A stretch of 64,000 nucleotides of DNA from Felis catus (Eukaryota), in contig NC_058368.1 of NCBI RefSeq assembly GCF_018350175.1, positions 125,800,001 through 125,864,000 on the forward strand, in the 5' to 3' direction. Of the stretch, positions 1-12,610 are shown in pieces. A model generated the notes under the pieces. The model was given only the letters and a program-made list of their open reading frames with translations. It was not told where the DNA came from and did no database searches. Numbering within the stretch: position 1 is the first letter of the stretch; every line of letters begins with the position of its first letter. The translations under genes were made by a program, and so were the position numbers.

Positions 1-267
1 ATTTCTCAGGGTCCACATAAGAGTGAAACCATATGGTATCTGTCTTTCTCTGTATGGCTTATTTCACTTAGCATAACACTCTCCAGTTCCATCCACGTTG
101 CTACAAAAGGCCATATTTCATTTTTTCTCATTGCCACGTAATATTCCATTGTGTATATAAACCACAATTTCTTTATCCATTCATCAGTTGATGGACATTT
201 AGGCTCTTTCCATAATTTGGCTATTGTTGAGAGTGCTGCTATGAACATTGGGGTACAAGTGGCCCTA
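1..267 (-). mobile_element. 5'-truncated LINE-1 (felid/carnivore type), ORF2 C-terminus; continues off the left edge
   Basis: ORF 6..248(-) MFIAALSTIAKLWKEPKCPSTDEWIKKLWFIYTMEYY...WMELESVMLSEIS is the L1 ORF2p C-terminal segment, with no stops. L1 similarity ends at ~267. Confidence 0.95.
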
Positions 268-284
268 TAAGGAGCATTTCTTGT

Positions 285-1085
285 TTTAACATGTGATCTT
301 TGACCTTGTCCCTAACAGAGAGCTCCTAAAACCCTTGTAAATTCCTAAATGATAAGAGCACTAGGATTATCTTTTGTTCTAACCAGGTGATGCTGGATGG
401 GCTGTTGGATGCAGACTTGTCATCAGAAAGACCAAGCCATGATTAGAAGCTTGCAATTTTCAACTCTTCCCCTCACTCCCAGCTTCTGCACAGAGTGGAG
501 AAGAGTTGGAAATGAAGTTAAGGAAGCCTCCATAAAATCCCAATAGTATGGGGTTCAGGAAGATTGTGAGTTAGTGAACATTTCCATATACTGGCAGACT
601 GACATGCCCCTTCTCCACTGGAACAGAAGCTCCCATACTCGAAACCCTCCCAGACCTTATGCTATGTATCTCTTCATCTCACTCTTTATCTGTTTCCTTT
701 ATCATATCCGTTAATAAACTGGTAAACATAAGTAGGAGTTTCTTCAAGTTCTGGGAGCCACTCCAGGAAATTAACCAAATCTGAGGAGGAGGTCATGGTA
801 GCCTCTATTTGATAGCCTAATTGGACAGAAGTTGTGGGCAACCTGGGACCTATTAAGTGTGATTGGCATCTGAAGTGGGGAGCTGTGTTCTGGGACTGAG
901 CTCTTAATCTGTGGGATGAAATGCTATTTCTAGGTAGATAGTGTCAGAATTGAATTAAATTGTATGATACCCAGCTGATGTCACAGAATTGCTTGGTGTG
1001 GAGAAAATGCACACATCTGGTGTCAGAAGTGTTGGGAGTGTGGTAGTAGTGTAAGAGCAAAGGGTTTACAAAAGGAAAAAAAGTA
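285..1085 (+). mobile_element. MER21-like ERVL-class solo LTR
   Basis: Motifs cagagagctcctaaaacccttg...tgataagag, agaaagaccaagccatgattagaag and gtagatagtgtcagaattgaattaaattgt match my recollection of MER21B/C. Confidence 0.75.
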
Positions 1086-1402
1086 GGATTCTCTACTCAC
1101 CTATCAAATTATTAAACATGCAATAGCATGTTATCACAAATAGTAGGAAGCTAGCAAGTATCTATTAAACATATTTGAAATCAACTGCTCTGGAGCATAT
1201 TAAAGAATCAGACTACATTAAAAATATTTAAAGTCTATTTTAGTATTGAAGAATAGTATAAAGCTCAGTAAACATGTTTAAACTAACTTGTTGGGGATAA
1301 CTTTTCCTATATGTGTTCAAAAGTGAATCCACTTTTACTCTTGTTATTCAAACACAGGTGAGACATGGTCTTTTAGTGACAAATCTGGATCTAAGAAACT
1401 CA

Positions 1403-1504
1403 TTTGCAACATATATAAATTTTGCACTATATACAAAAATTGAATCATTCTGTTGTACATTTGAAACTAATATAATGTTATGTTAGTTACACCTCTGTCA
1501 AAAA
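1403..1504 (+). mobile_element. ~100 bp L1 3'-terminal insertion (L1MA9/L1_Carn-like) with TSD
   Basis: gaatcattctgttgtacatttgaaactaatataatgttatg plus an A tail; direct repeat aagaaactca at 1393-1402 and 1505-1514. Confidence 0.8.
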
Positions 1505-1769
1505 AAGAAACTCAAATAGAAAAAATGAATTAAATATTTTATATATTTAATAAACAACTACATATCTCTGTTTTGCCTGGTATTTTCCTGATTTCTTTTC
1601 AGGATAAAAACAACAAAAGAGTAGGAATGAAAACAACTACTTACTCAGAAATTTGTTACTGAACACACATTTTCTATTAGGCCTCTTCTAGGCTTTGTAA
1701 AGATCTTTATAAAGATTCTGTTTTGTCCTTAAGCCATTTGTGCTGTAAAATAATTCATCAAAATCATGA

Positions 1770-2620
1770 TTGATTTATTCATTCATAGGACAAGTCTTCA
1801 TTAAACACTACTAAGTGTAAGGCTTACAGCTAAGGGGGTACTGATGAACCAAACAGGAATTGTTTTTGACTTCATGGAGTGCAGTCCAATGGAGTTCACA
1901 GACATTCATCACAGTGTCAAGGTAGCACATGTGGACTCATCACACAGAATCTAAAAGTTCAATGAAGAGAAGCATATGGTCCTTTTAAAGTACAAAAACT
2001 GGAGGATAGTACTCAAGAAAGCCAGATAATTGTTCATCTGAAATCTAAAATGTGTGTAGAAGTAAGTAGGAGTGCATAGGGAAATAAGAGAAAACTGTGT
2101 ATTCCTAGCACAAGAACTAGTGTTAGGGTTGACTTGTGTCTCCCCAAAAGATGTGTTGAAGTCCCAGCCACCATTCCTTCAGAATGTAATCTTAACTTGG
2201 AAATATGGTCATTGCCAATGTAATTAATTAAATTGAGGCCATAGTAGAGTAGATTGGGTCCTTAACCCAATATGACTGGTGTCCTTATAAAAAGAGTAAA
2301 AGTCACAGAAAGAGAAGATGGCTACATGAAGACTGACCTAGTGAGTGAAGTCATCCTGCTACCAGCCAAGGGTCATCTGGTGCTGCCAGAAGGAAGGAAC
2401 TAGGAATAGCATAGCCCTGACAGCACCTTGACTTTAGACTTCTAATATCCAGAATTATGAGACAATGTATTTCTATAGTTTTAAGCCACCTAGTTGGTGG
2501 GTCTTCATTACAGCAACCTTAGGAAATGAAAATACCCAGCATTTATAAAAGTCTGTGGCAATGAAAAACATTCCAAAATCAAAGGACCGGAAGATATCCA
2601 GGTTGGATTGTACTATGTGG
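1770..2620 (-). mobile_element. L2 3' fragment, interrupted by an MLT1 LTR
   Basis: ttattcattca...attaaacactactaagtgtaaggc...gacttcatggagtgcagtccaatgg is a typical antisense L2 3' end; similarity resumes after ~2535. Confidence 0.6.
2121..2534 (+). mobile_element. MLT1C-like MaLR solo LTR
   Basis: Starts tgttagggttgacttgtgtctccccaaaagat; contains aatatgactggtgtccttataaaaagag and ttgactttagacttctaatatccagaa; ends cagcaaccttaggaaatgaaaata. Confidence 0.85.
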
Positions 2621-2627
2621 GAGAGAT

Positions 2628-2797
2628 AGGGTTGCTGGATATAATACCAGAACTAGTTTGAATTTCAGATAGACAACAAATACTTTTTTTTTGTATAAGT
2701 ATGCCTCATCTAAAAATCTGCTAAAATTATTTGTTTCCTGAAATTCAAATTTATTTGAGCACGCTATGTAGGTTTACTGGCTAAATTTTACAACCCA
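2628..2797. mobile_element. MER53-like palindromic hAT MITE
   Basis: agggttgctggata...caaccc termini; internal inverted arms tttgaatttcag / ctgaaattcaaa. Confidence 0.8.
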
Positions 2798-3042
2798 TGA
2801 CTCATGGTAGAAGGTGATGGGAAGGAGGAATGGAGAGGCTACTCCATGGCAGATTGAGTTTATAGGGACGTGGAAATGGTGACAGCAGTTATAGACAGCC
2901 CTGCAGCAATTTAGCTATAAAAGGTATAAGACGGATGCTGCAGGAGCTGGGATAGAAATGGAGGAATGAAGGGTTGAGTGAGGATACATTTTTTTCATAT
3001 TTCTGTTTTTGAAATGGGAGAGATTTGTGTATATTTAATAGA

Positions 3043-3169
3043 TGTCTTAGTCTATGCCATCCTCTGACCTAAGTACCTCTCAAAGGCCCCACATCTTCAT
3101 CCCATCACATTTGGCATTAGGATTTCACCATAGGAATTTGTGGGGCAGTTGGACATTCAGACCACAGCA
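3043..3169 (-). mobile_element. Internally deleted MLT1A/MST-like MaLR LTR
   Basis: Both termini (tgtcttagtc and cattcagaccacagca) fall within 127 bp; core gacctaagtacctctcaaaggccccac...attaggatttcaccataggaattt. Confidence 0.7.
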
Positions 3170-5960
3170 ACAACCAACTGATAGAATCCAGTTGAGAGTT
3201 TGATTACACAAAGGGAAAAAAGGGATAACAAATATTTATAGCTCATGAGAAGATAAAAAATGGTGGATCCAAAGAGGTTAATCTTAGGTAATAGAAGAGG
3301 AATATCCTTTAACAAAAAAAGAGGAGGATAGTGAGGGTTCAGTGTGGGTTATTTGATATAGGTAATATTAGAGAAATAATTGGTGTTTGGGAATTCACAT
3401 CGGGTAATCCCTATCTTATGTTTAAGAGGCAAGTTTATAAGCTAAAAACCAAGAGGATCAAGACTGTTTTAGAAGATTGAAGGGAGAGGAGAAGGTTTAA
3501 TTTGTCATTGTGGATTGGATTGAGAAACTGAAGGCAATGTCCAACAGTATTAGTGGGCCATTTGACTTTTAATCTCAACAATTTAACAGTAACATAAGTC
3601 CTCTTTTTGCTCAATGGAAAAAGTTCACATGGAGGCTTGGAGAAGGAAGTAATTCATTAGGGTAGGAGGGAAGAGAGTCCAGGCAGTTATAAATGAGGAG
3701 GAAGCAACTCTTCTGATCTTACCTTGAGGGATCCATAGGACTCTGTTGTATGTAGAAGGTGGGGTGGGAATATCTTGCTTAGTGTGCATAGAGGAAGGTA
3801 GGATTGAAAAAGGTCTGTTATTTACCCTCATTAAGTCTATAATAAGCTTAAATTTTTGCTTTGAGGGAGAAAAGAGATAGCAAACACTCCAGGAACTCAT
3901 AGGTGGGAAAAATCTTCAAAGTTTGGGATAGGTGGAAAGACTTCTGAGAAGAGAGGTAGACTTGAAAAGAAGGACTAAGCCTTCTTAAGTGGAAACATGG
4001 TAGAAAAGGTGGCTTAAGAAAAGATGTGATGCCTGGAAAACCTGGTTTTAACTCCCAGGTTTTCTTTTGAGATGCCTCAGTAATTTTTTTAAATTGGACT
4101 TTATGTGTCTACAGAATTCCAATTTTCGTGTAATCTTCCTGCTCATGTAGATATTTGATACTAGTAATCTTATTACACAGGCTACTGTATTTATGTTTCA
4201 GCCCTGCGCTTTGCCAGGGACTTTCTTGCCCTTGAATGTGGAAGATATTCTATTCATCTAGAAAGTATGTATGGAATGTAATGTAGCCAGTTAGTGCCAT
4301 GAGCCGTCAATATCAGAGATGTGGGATTAAATGCCAAGAGGATAATCATGACCCCATGGGAGAGTTTAGGGGCAGAAGTGAGCAGTGTGTTTGGTGGCAT
4401 CAGGATGGCACAATGGGAGGGCTGAGACTCATCTCTGGTCTCAGCTACAAATCTGTCTGCAGGATTTTGTTAAGTTATTTTCAGGATTCCATTAACCCAA
4501 ACTTACAGTTTCATGTTTTTCATAGAAAAACTCTTACATGTATAAAATGTGTGTAATTGATGATATGTGCCTCTCTAGGATCAATTGGTCATGTTTAAGG
4601 ATTTTTCAGAATATGGGAAACACTGTTTTTTTTTTTTTTTTACATTTTCCTTGGTTAATAGTTTCACAAGAACAATCAGAATACTTTTTAAAAACATAAT
4701 GCTAAATTAATAATTTAGAAGACTCCTTTATTCTGAGACTATGATTGTCCTACTTGTTTTGCTGTTAAATATCCTTATTTTATGAAATAATGGTAGTTAG
4801 GTCATGGTAGGTTTTAGAAATTTTGTTTTTAATGGTTGTTCTGAGCAGGAATTGTTTTCACTGTTATTGGATCTATGAACTTGGGAAGTCTGGGAAAGTC
4901 CAATTGTGACCGTGTTACAGAGAATTGCATCTTGTTCCCACTGGACACAGGTCAAGGCTGTTTCAGACTATCATCACACATTACCGTGAGGGTCAGTGTG
5001 TGGTTATTCTGCACCTGGCTCTGGCTTGGGGAAAACTGCCTTTCTGTATGTGATTTGGATGCATGACCATCCAGATTAATAAAATCCAGTCGAAAGCAAC
5101 TAAGTCTATTGCTGGCAAGAGTCATAAATTCTTCCTTGGAGAAGGCTGGGTGCCAGATGTAAAGCCAAAACATGTGTTCACCTCCTCCTTCGGGGAAACA
5201 AAACAAAACAAAACAATAACAATTGCCTATGACCACTCAGCATCAATAGCTCTGCCAGACACATTATATCTCACTTTTCCATTCTCAGGAAATCACTGGT
5301 AAGATTTCTATCAGTGTAACCAGCTCCTTCCTCACATGGGCATGGATACTGTTTTGGGCTTTTCTTAATTGAAATGGCAGGAGTCCTAGGCACTGACCCA
5401 GAGGTGTTCCTCTGTAAGATCTGAGTCAGAGATCTTGGTTTCCTCCACTGTTGGCCACTTGATCTTTAAAGTGAGTGGGAAAACTTAGCAATCCCTCCTA
5501 GAATTAGGACATGAAGCCAAATTCTCAAGATACATATAACAAAATCAGATTGAAATAATCTGGCTGAAATTGATGGATAATAAGAAGTCTTTCATTATAA
5601 CTAGGGTTAAAGGAATCTGATTCTCATCAGTATGAATGAATTACTTTTGTGTTACTCTAACTCATGGCTATGGTATAGGTGGATTATAACATGGAGAGAA
5701 GGAGGATGGGATGGGGCCTTCACTGTTGGTCAGGGAGATAAGCAAGTACATAAAAATGGGCTTTGTCTTGATTACCATCTCTACATGGCTCCTGGTCTTA
5801 TTTTTACCCTTCTCCTTTTAATATCTTTTCATCATAGCCTTAACAACTGTCATGTTGATACATCAACATACCTCCTTTAAAAATATTATTGAAGATTATG
5901 CTGAGGAAGAGCCTTATTATAGTTCTGGAATGGATCTTGTTATAGTTCCTAATTTTTTTT

Positions 5961-5988
5961 TTAAATGCTTACTTATTTATTTGTTTTT

Positions 5989-6032
<44 letters not shown>

Positions 6033-6210
6033 GAGAGAGAGAGAGAGTACATGAGCAGGGTAGGGGCAGAGAGAGAGGGAGAGATAGAGAATCCAAACCA
6101 GGCTCCGCACTGTCAGGGTAGAGCCTGATATGGGGCTCAAACTGATAAAGCACAGGATCATGTCCAGAGCAGAAGCTGGAAGCTTAACTGACTGAGCTGC
6201 CCAGGTGCCC
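5961..6210 (-). mobile_element. SINEC (CanSINE)
   Basis: Antisense tRNA-derived head (actgagctgcccaggtgccc), (GA)n tract, tttattt tail; TSD ttcctaattttttt at ~5946 and ~6214. Confidence 0.95.
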
Positions 6211-6304
6211 ACCTTCCTAATTTTTTTTAAACCATCTTTTTTTTCTCTCTCTTTTTTAATGACTACATTCTGACTCAATCCATAACCTTTTAAAAATATT
6301 CCCT

Positions 6305-6497
6305 GGGGCACCTGAGTGGCTCAGTTGGTTGAGCATTTGTGTCTTGATTTAAGCTCAGGTAATGATCACAGGGTTGAGAGATCGAGCCCTGAGTTGGGCT
6401 CTGTGCTGAGCATGAAGCCCGCTTAAGATTCCTCCTTCCATCTCTGTTTGCTTCTCTCCCCCACTAATGTGCATTATCTCTAAAATAAAGAAAAAAT
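6305..6497 (+). mobile_element. SINEC (older subfamily)
   Basis: ggggcacctgagtggctcagttggttgagc head; CT-rich segment; aaaataaa tail. Confidence 0.92.
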
Positions 6498-6799
6498 CCT
6501 CTTTCCTGAAGAAATGGAAAGAACCATTCCTTCTTTCAGGATTTTCTATTGCCTGAAAATGTCTTTGAGATAAGAAGCACCTTCATAATTATTTAATCAT
6601 CATCAGTTAGTGAATTACCAATTAACTGTTATTTATTTATTTTTTTAGTAATAATTAACCAACATGTATTTGGTATTTCCTATAGGCTAAACATGGTATT
6701 AAACCTGCCTTCATGCATATTGTCAGTTGATAGGTACATTGCCTGCCTAAAATATGACAGGCGGTATGGATGAAATAAATTTAAAGATGATGAAATGTA

Positions 6800-6970
6800 A
6801 GAGTTGTGTAGTTAGACACATGAGATTTGAATCACTCACTTGTTAGCTTGGTGAATTTAATCTTTCCTAGCTGTGATTTTCCTTTATGTAAATTAAGGGA
6901 AGTATGACCTATGTTGGAAGGTTGCGGTGAGAATCTGAGAGCATTTATGGAGTTCCTGGCACATTATGGA
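6800..6970 (+). mobile_element. MIR
   Basis: gttagacacatgagatttgaatc...tttcctttatgtaaatt...cctggcacat core. Confidence 0.6.
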
Positions 6971-7177
6971 GTTCCAGGCTCAAAAACCTGGGATCTCTAG
7001 TTACCACTGGAAGTAAGAGCAGGAGAAGTGGTATAGGAAGAGTTCACTGAGTATGAAGGTAAAGAAAGAAGTTGAAAGAAGAAGCCAGACATTGAGTGAA
7101 GAATATTTCCATGAGAGTAAAAGAGGAGGGAAGGCACAGTGAATAGAGGAGTATATATAGAAGGTTGGGGTGGGGGA

Positions 7178-7380
7178 CTATTGTTTGTTGGAAGCCAATT
7201 CTGAGTCAGGCACTATGCAAAAGACTTTATGCATATTATCTTATTTAATCTTCACTGCAAATCAACAACAGGGGAAGTAAGAGCTCCATTTTTCCAAGTG
7301 AGAAGTTAAGGCTGAGGAACTTAAAATTAAGTTTCCCAAGATGATCCAGGCAGTAAAAGATGGCTTCTGGATTCAGACCC
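7178..7380 (-). mobile_element. MIR
   Basis: aggcactatgc...tttatgcatattatcttatttaatcttcac...ccattttt...gtttcccaag...ggattcagaccc. Confidence 0.75.
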
Positions 7381-8253
7381 ACTCATTCAGGTTCCCAAAT
7401 TCATGTGCTTTCCTCTGAGGCAAGGCAGTGCTGTGGTCATTAATATGAATGGTGGTGCCTCATGTTTAGCACATTCAGCTAATTCTAGTTTGGGTCCTAA
7501 AAGTGTAGGTCTAGGGATGCTGTTGCAGTGGTGGTGGTGTAGGGGTGTACTTGAGAGATGGAGCTCAGCTTGTCCCAAATGTATTCCAGCTGAAAGCTCT
7601 TCTAGCCACTATCAATCTGCAGGAGAAAGTGCCTGGAGCAAAAGTCACACTGACGTTCCTCTCTGCAGGGGTCTGTTTCTTCTTGATCCATAGCACTCTG
7701 GAGTCTGTAGGCAAACTTGGAATGAGCATGTTAACTTTTATGCCTATCACTTATGCCTGGATCCCATAACAGAAAATGGTGGGTTCCATACTGGAGCAAA
7801 TGAGGTCTAACAGAAAATGAAAGATCTTTGTCAATGGAGGAAGAAGCACATATTTATCTAGCATTGTACGCTTCATGGGATTCATATGTGACATATCTAG
7901 TTTCATTGGATCCTCATTATAAACTTCTGAGGTGGACATTATCATGCTTTGTGCAGATATCAAACAGACTTTCTCCAGGTCACACAAAAGAGAAGTTTCA
8001 CAACTAAGATTTATACTCAGGATGATTTAGCACCAAAAAGTCAACAGTCACAAAAATACAAGGATTTGAATAAAATATGCATGTGCTGAAAAAACACAAG
8101 TAATTTGAATAAATTACAATAAACTGTATGATCCTCTTGTATTTCCTTTTTTGGTGCTCCTGCATTAGAGAAAAAAATCACAAACGATTTTTTTCAAATT
8201 TTCTTATTTTCATCTCAAAAAACAAAACTTCTCATCGAGATAGGTGATGTTTT

Positions 8254-8468
8254 GGGGCAATTGGGTGGCTCAGTGGGTTAAGCGTCTGACTCTTGATCTA
8301 GGCTCAGGTCATAATCTCACAGTTTGTGAGATTGAACCCAGCATTGGACTCCATGCTGACCGCTGCACAGGCTGCTTGGGATTCTCTCTCTCTCCCTCTC
8401 TCTCTGCCCCTCTCCTGCTTGCATTCTCTTGCTCACTCTCTCTCTCTCAAATAAATAAGCATTAAACA
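8254..8468 (+). mobile_element. SINEC
   Basis: ggggcaattgggtggctcagtgggttaagcgtctgac head; (CT)n; exact 16-bp TSD agataggtgatgtttt at 8238-8253 and 8469-8484. Confidence 0.95.
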
Positions 8469-10424
8469 AGATAGGTGATGTTTTATATATTGGATTTGGT
8501 TTCTTATATTGGCACAAATGATGTCTGTTGACCATTAGCAAACTATGCCTGTGAATGAGCCATGCCCTACAAAGGCTCCAAAACTTCTTGGAATAGAAGA
8601 GATAGAAACCACCCTGTCTTCTAAGTCTAAGAAAACTCAGATGGATCTGCAGGTTCAAGGGTGTGAAGGTGATCTGTGTCTTTTGTGAGCCTTTAGCTGC
8701 CTTGTTTAGCTGCTCAAAAATAGAGTTGTTAAAAACTTATATATGGCAATTCTACTCTTGTAGATGCTACTGTATCTACTTCAACATAGTATATTGCCTA
8801 TAATTTACTTTGAAGTACTTCAGCATTAACATTGGGATGTCTGTAGTGGTTAGTTTCTGTTTCCTGCAGTTGCTGGTGGTCCTAGTTGGAAATACATATT
8901 CCATATTGCATGGTGTATTAGTTTCCTAATGTTGTCATAATGAGTTAATTATTTCATGCTCAGGAATCTTATACCTTTGGAAATTTTCAGTAACAAAATG
9001 GATTTGACAAAACTTGAACTCTTCACCTGGGACTTTCCCGTGTCCCTTGCCATTGCCAAGAATGGCACATTAGCTCTAAGACTGACTCAGTGTCTCTGGA
9101 ATTCCCTCCTTCATGCATTCCATGGGAGCCTCCAGTTGGTGGTATTTATGGTGCCAGGCATCTGTTGATTTCACTTGGATTTAATCTGAACCTTTGTTGT
9201 TTGACTGGGTTTTGTATTTCTGAGGGGATTATTAATCATAAATCACCAGCTCTGCTGAGCTGTATGTGTGGTTGTTGGGAGGGAGAGTTTAATTTATTGT
9301 TGCTACTGGAAATGTAATAAAAAAAATCTTCCAAAGTACATGTCATCTGGATTTTCAGAAGCAATTATTTTGGAGAAGAAATGATCTGGGCGGTCCCCTC
9401 ATGCTATTCTTCCTTCATGCATCTCAACAAACAAGCAAACATGCAAGCCGAGTGATGGACCTGTGAAATTTCTCCTTGGTTGAATTCCAGACTTTGACTT
9501 TCATTGATCTGTCCTTCAGTGAAGAAGTTGTGGCCATGGCAGACAGGAGTCACAAAAGAAATGGAACAGTAGAGTAGAAGAGGAATAAACAACTCGCCCA
9601 TGTGGATCTGTTTCTTTCTTCCTACCTAATCTCTTTCTGCTTGTTAATCCTGATGAAAACATGCTGGAGGGGTGAAATGCAAAGATGGAAAACTCCAGGA
9701 AGGAGACTCTTCCTGGAGAGAAGAGTGCATATACAACCAAAACGTGACATAGGCTAGTAAAGGTGATAGTTGCTTATTTGTGCCATTAAGTCCTGAGTAT
9801 GTGTGTGAATATGCTAATATGTGCCAGGCTCCCCAAGAGTAAATATACCCGGACTCAGGGATCATGTCATCTGGTCACTACTGGTGAGAAATCAATCACC
9901 ACCGTGCTTGTGTGGTTGGGGAGGAGGTGCAGGGAAATGTGAGCCAATAGAACAGTGGTGACAGCAAAGGTCATTTTAAGAGTTGAGGCTGTCAGATTAA
10001 TTTACTAGTCATGTTTTAGGTAGCTTGCAATATTTTAAGGAAGTTTTTAAGTTAAACATAATTCTCCTATTTGTCAGGTCATGCCTTTGGAACAGGTACC
10101 TGATTTCCTATTGATACTCTGTCCCTCCCATAAAAAGTGCCAAGAAGATTGATCATACATTGTTCAAAACTTTGTTCCTAGGTGACAGTTCCTTCCTTAC
10201 ATTATAAAATCTGAGGTAATAAATGTGTCCCTTCCTTTTTTCCCTTCTGAAGATTTTGTTGGTGATTCAGTATGTGCATCTTGATGGTGCATTTGCTCAG
10301 TCATTAGGTAAACATTTAAGGAGAATCTACAGGGTAATAAATATGAACATAAATAAATAAAATGAACAGGGATTAAGAGAGCCGGCAGTGGTATTTATTG
10401 ACTGCTTTCTGTAGCCCAGCATTC

Positions 10425-10745
10425 ATTTTTTAAAAATATTTTTATGATTGAAAATGTGCATAGATAAAAAAGTCAAATCATTTTTCAAGGCTTAGAATGC
10501 AGAATATTAGCCCCTGTCTCACCCAGCCAACTTCACTTCTCATCCCCTAGGGGAAATAACTTTTAATCCTTTTAGCTGTTTCTTCTGGTATTTGCCTTCA
10601 TTGTTTTACATAATGTACTCTACTGTCCCTTTTTAACTTGTTGATTTTAGATCCTCCCTCAGAACAATGGGAGACCATGATTTAGCTTCCTTAAACAACT
10701 CCTCTCACCCCAAACACACACTTCTTTCTCTATTTTTATAATTGA
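10425..10745 (-). mobile_element. Old L1 (L1ME-like) 3' UTR fragment
   Basis: T-rich start, then ...cccctaggggaaataacttttaatccttttagctgtttcttctggtattt resembling antisense L1ME 3' UTR. Confidence 0.45.
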
Positions 10746-12054
10746 ATTTAAATTATAATTTTTGGCATATTAATATTCAGCTGCATATTGCTTTGTTTAC
10801 ATCAACATTATTCACAGTTAAGCCATGTAGACAACCTGGCCCTGTGGGGAAGGGAAGGGATCCCAGGACTTCGTTATTCCTTACAAAGACTTTCAATGGT
10901 GTTTTTGCTTTCATCCCACCAGCACCCACTTCCAAAGTGCCTCCTGCCTCCAACTCCTGAGCCTTCTGAGATTCTGAAATGCAAATGAGCCTTCTTCATG
11001 ACTTCATTCACTGGAGGGTTTCCATGTTGTTGGTCTGCCAAATCATTTACTGCTTCAGTCCACTGCTTTCCATATGTACATGTCTTTCTGTCTTATCTCT
11101 CTTCCCTTGCTTTCTTTGCCCTTACGGGTTTAAGAAGTTTTTTATTTATTTACTAAAATTTTAATGTGTTTCTGGAGTAAAGCATATCTGTTTCAATGTG
11201 CTGTATGAAAACAAAGTCCCAAATAATCTTTTAAAATTTTAGTTACTCATACTACATACCTTTATTAACCTCATTTTATAGATGAATAAATCAAGGATGA
11301 GAGAAGTGAAGCAACTTGTTCAAGGTTGTATAAATAGTAAGTGGCAATTCCACTTACCAATAAATTCTTGCTCTTTCTAGCACGCTGCCTTTTACTGCAA
11401 GACACAGTTCCTGTTTTAAGGAGTTTACAGTTTTTGCAGGGAGATAAGACAAATGTGCAGACATAAGAATACAATGCATTAAATGTCAAGAACAAGAAAA
11501 ATGGCTCAGTGTGCAATGGGAATTTAGAGGAGAAAGATCTGTTTTGCTGCCCACTTCTTTGTGTCTAAAACTCCATTTGGAATTGAAGTATATGCCTTTC
11601 AGTACTGTAGGCACATTTCTTAAAGAAATCTTAATTTAATGGGGTTTAACCTCTATTCTTTGGCCACGTGGGATTCCATGAAGTCGTGGAGTGAACAGTT
11701 AATTTGTATGTTCACATAAATATCCTCAAGTGATATTTTAGGAAAAACAAATAAGGCAGACTTTTGATTGACTAGATATCTAAGAATATACTTGACTTTA
11801 AGGCATTCGAGAGGTCTTTTTTGACCATATTTATTCTTGCCAGTGATGGTACACAGCCCTTGAACTTGTTAAATCTGAAGAGTGTGTTTGTTTTGGGGGC
11901 TCCCTTAAATATCAAAGATGGTTTATAAATTTATCCACATCTGTCTAGACCGAAAGTCTTTTTTTGTTTTTTTCTTGGCCAGTTAGGATGATTATCACTT
12001 AGGCTGCATGTAGTTGGTGGGTGAAAGGCACTAACTATACAGTCTCCTAGGAGG

Positions 12055-12300
12055 CTGAATAGTGAGTTGGTGTACTGAGCCTGGAGCCAATAGGGCTTGT
12101 TCTATTCCAGGCTCTGCCAGGAGCTGCTGTGTGACCTTGAGACATTTTACTAACGCTGTCTCCCTGTTTCATATTTCTAATCTGTAAAATAGGGAAAATC
12201 ACAGAATCTAGTTCACAGTGTTGTTAGGAGGATTATTTGAGTTAATAGATAAAACAGATATGATGCACAAAAATAAAGTGTCTGGTGCACAGAAAAGACT
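12055..12300 (+). mobile_element. MIR
   Basis: ggctctgcca...gctgtgtgaccttg...atctgtaaaataggg...gttgttaggaggatt...gtgtctggtgcacagaa. Confidence 0.8.
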
Positions 12301-12419
12301 GTCATCAACACTGCTCTCTCTAAGAAGCTGATGAAGAAGCAACCTCTGAGGGCCACATATGCTTCAGGTGCTATCTTGCTTGCTGGAGCAGAAGCTTCTT
12401 CAATCACATGCTCATCACT

Positions 12420-12610
12420 TTATTTTGCAACCATTTATGTGGTGTCTACTATGTGCCAGACCTACTGCTCGGTGCTCAGGATATCATGGAGACCCAAATC
12501 AGACACACCCGTTCCTGCACAGAATCCACAGCAACATGGGAGAGACAGTCACTCATCAATTAATTACACAAATAAATAGAGGATTGCACTTGCGGTAAGG
12601 GCTAGCAAAG
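12420..12610 (-). mobile_element. L2 3' fragment
   Basis: catttatgtggtgtctactatgtgccagacctactgctcggtgct...gggagagacag. Confidence 0.65.

Noticed and set aside
5852..6311. ORFs with RERERE or SLSLSL runs (also 8244-8658, 18364-18693, 51233-52031, 60344-60631)
   Set aside because: They are translations of SINEC bodies and their (GA/CT)n tracts, not genes.
7387..7987. Cluster of overlapping ORFs in unique sequence; one minus frame reads ...CDFCSRHF...
   Set aside because: No recognisable domain, no completed C2H2 motif and no supported exon boundaries. It could be an old repeat, but I cannot support a call.
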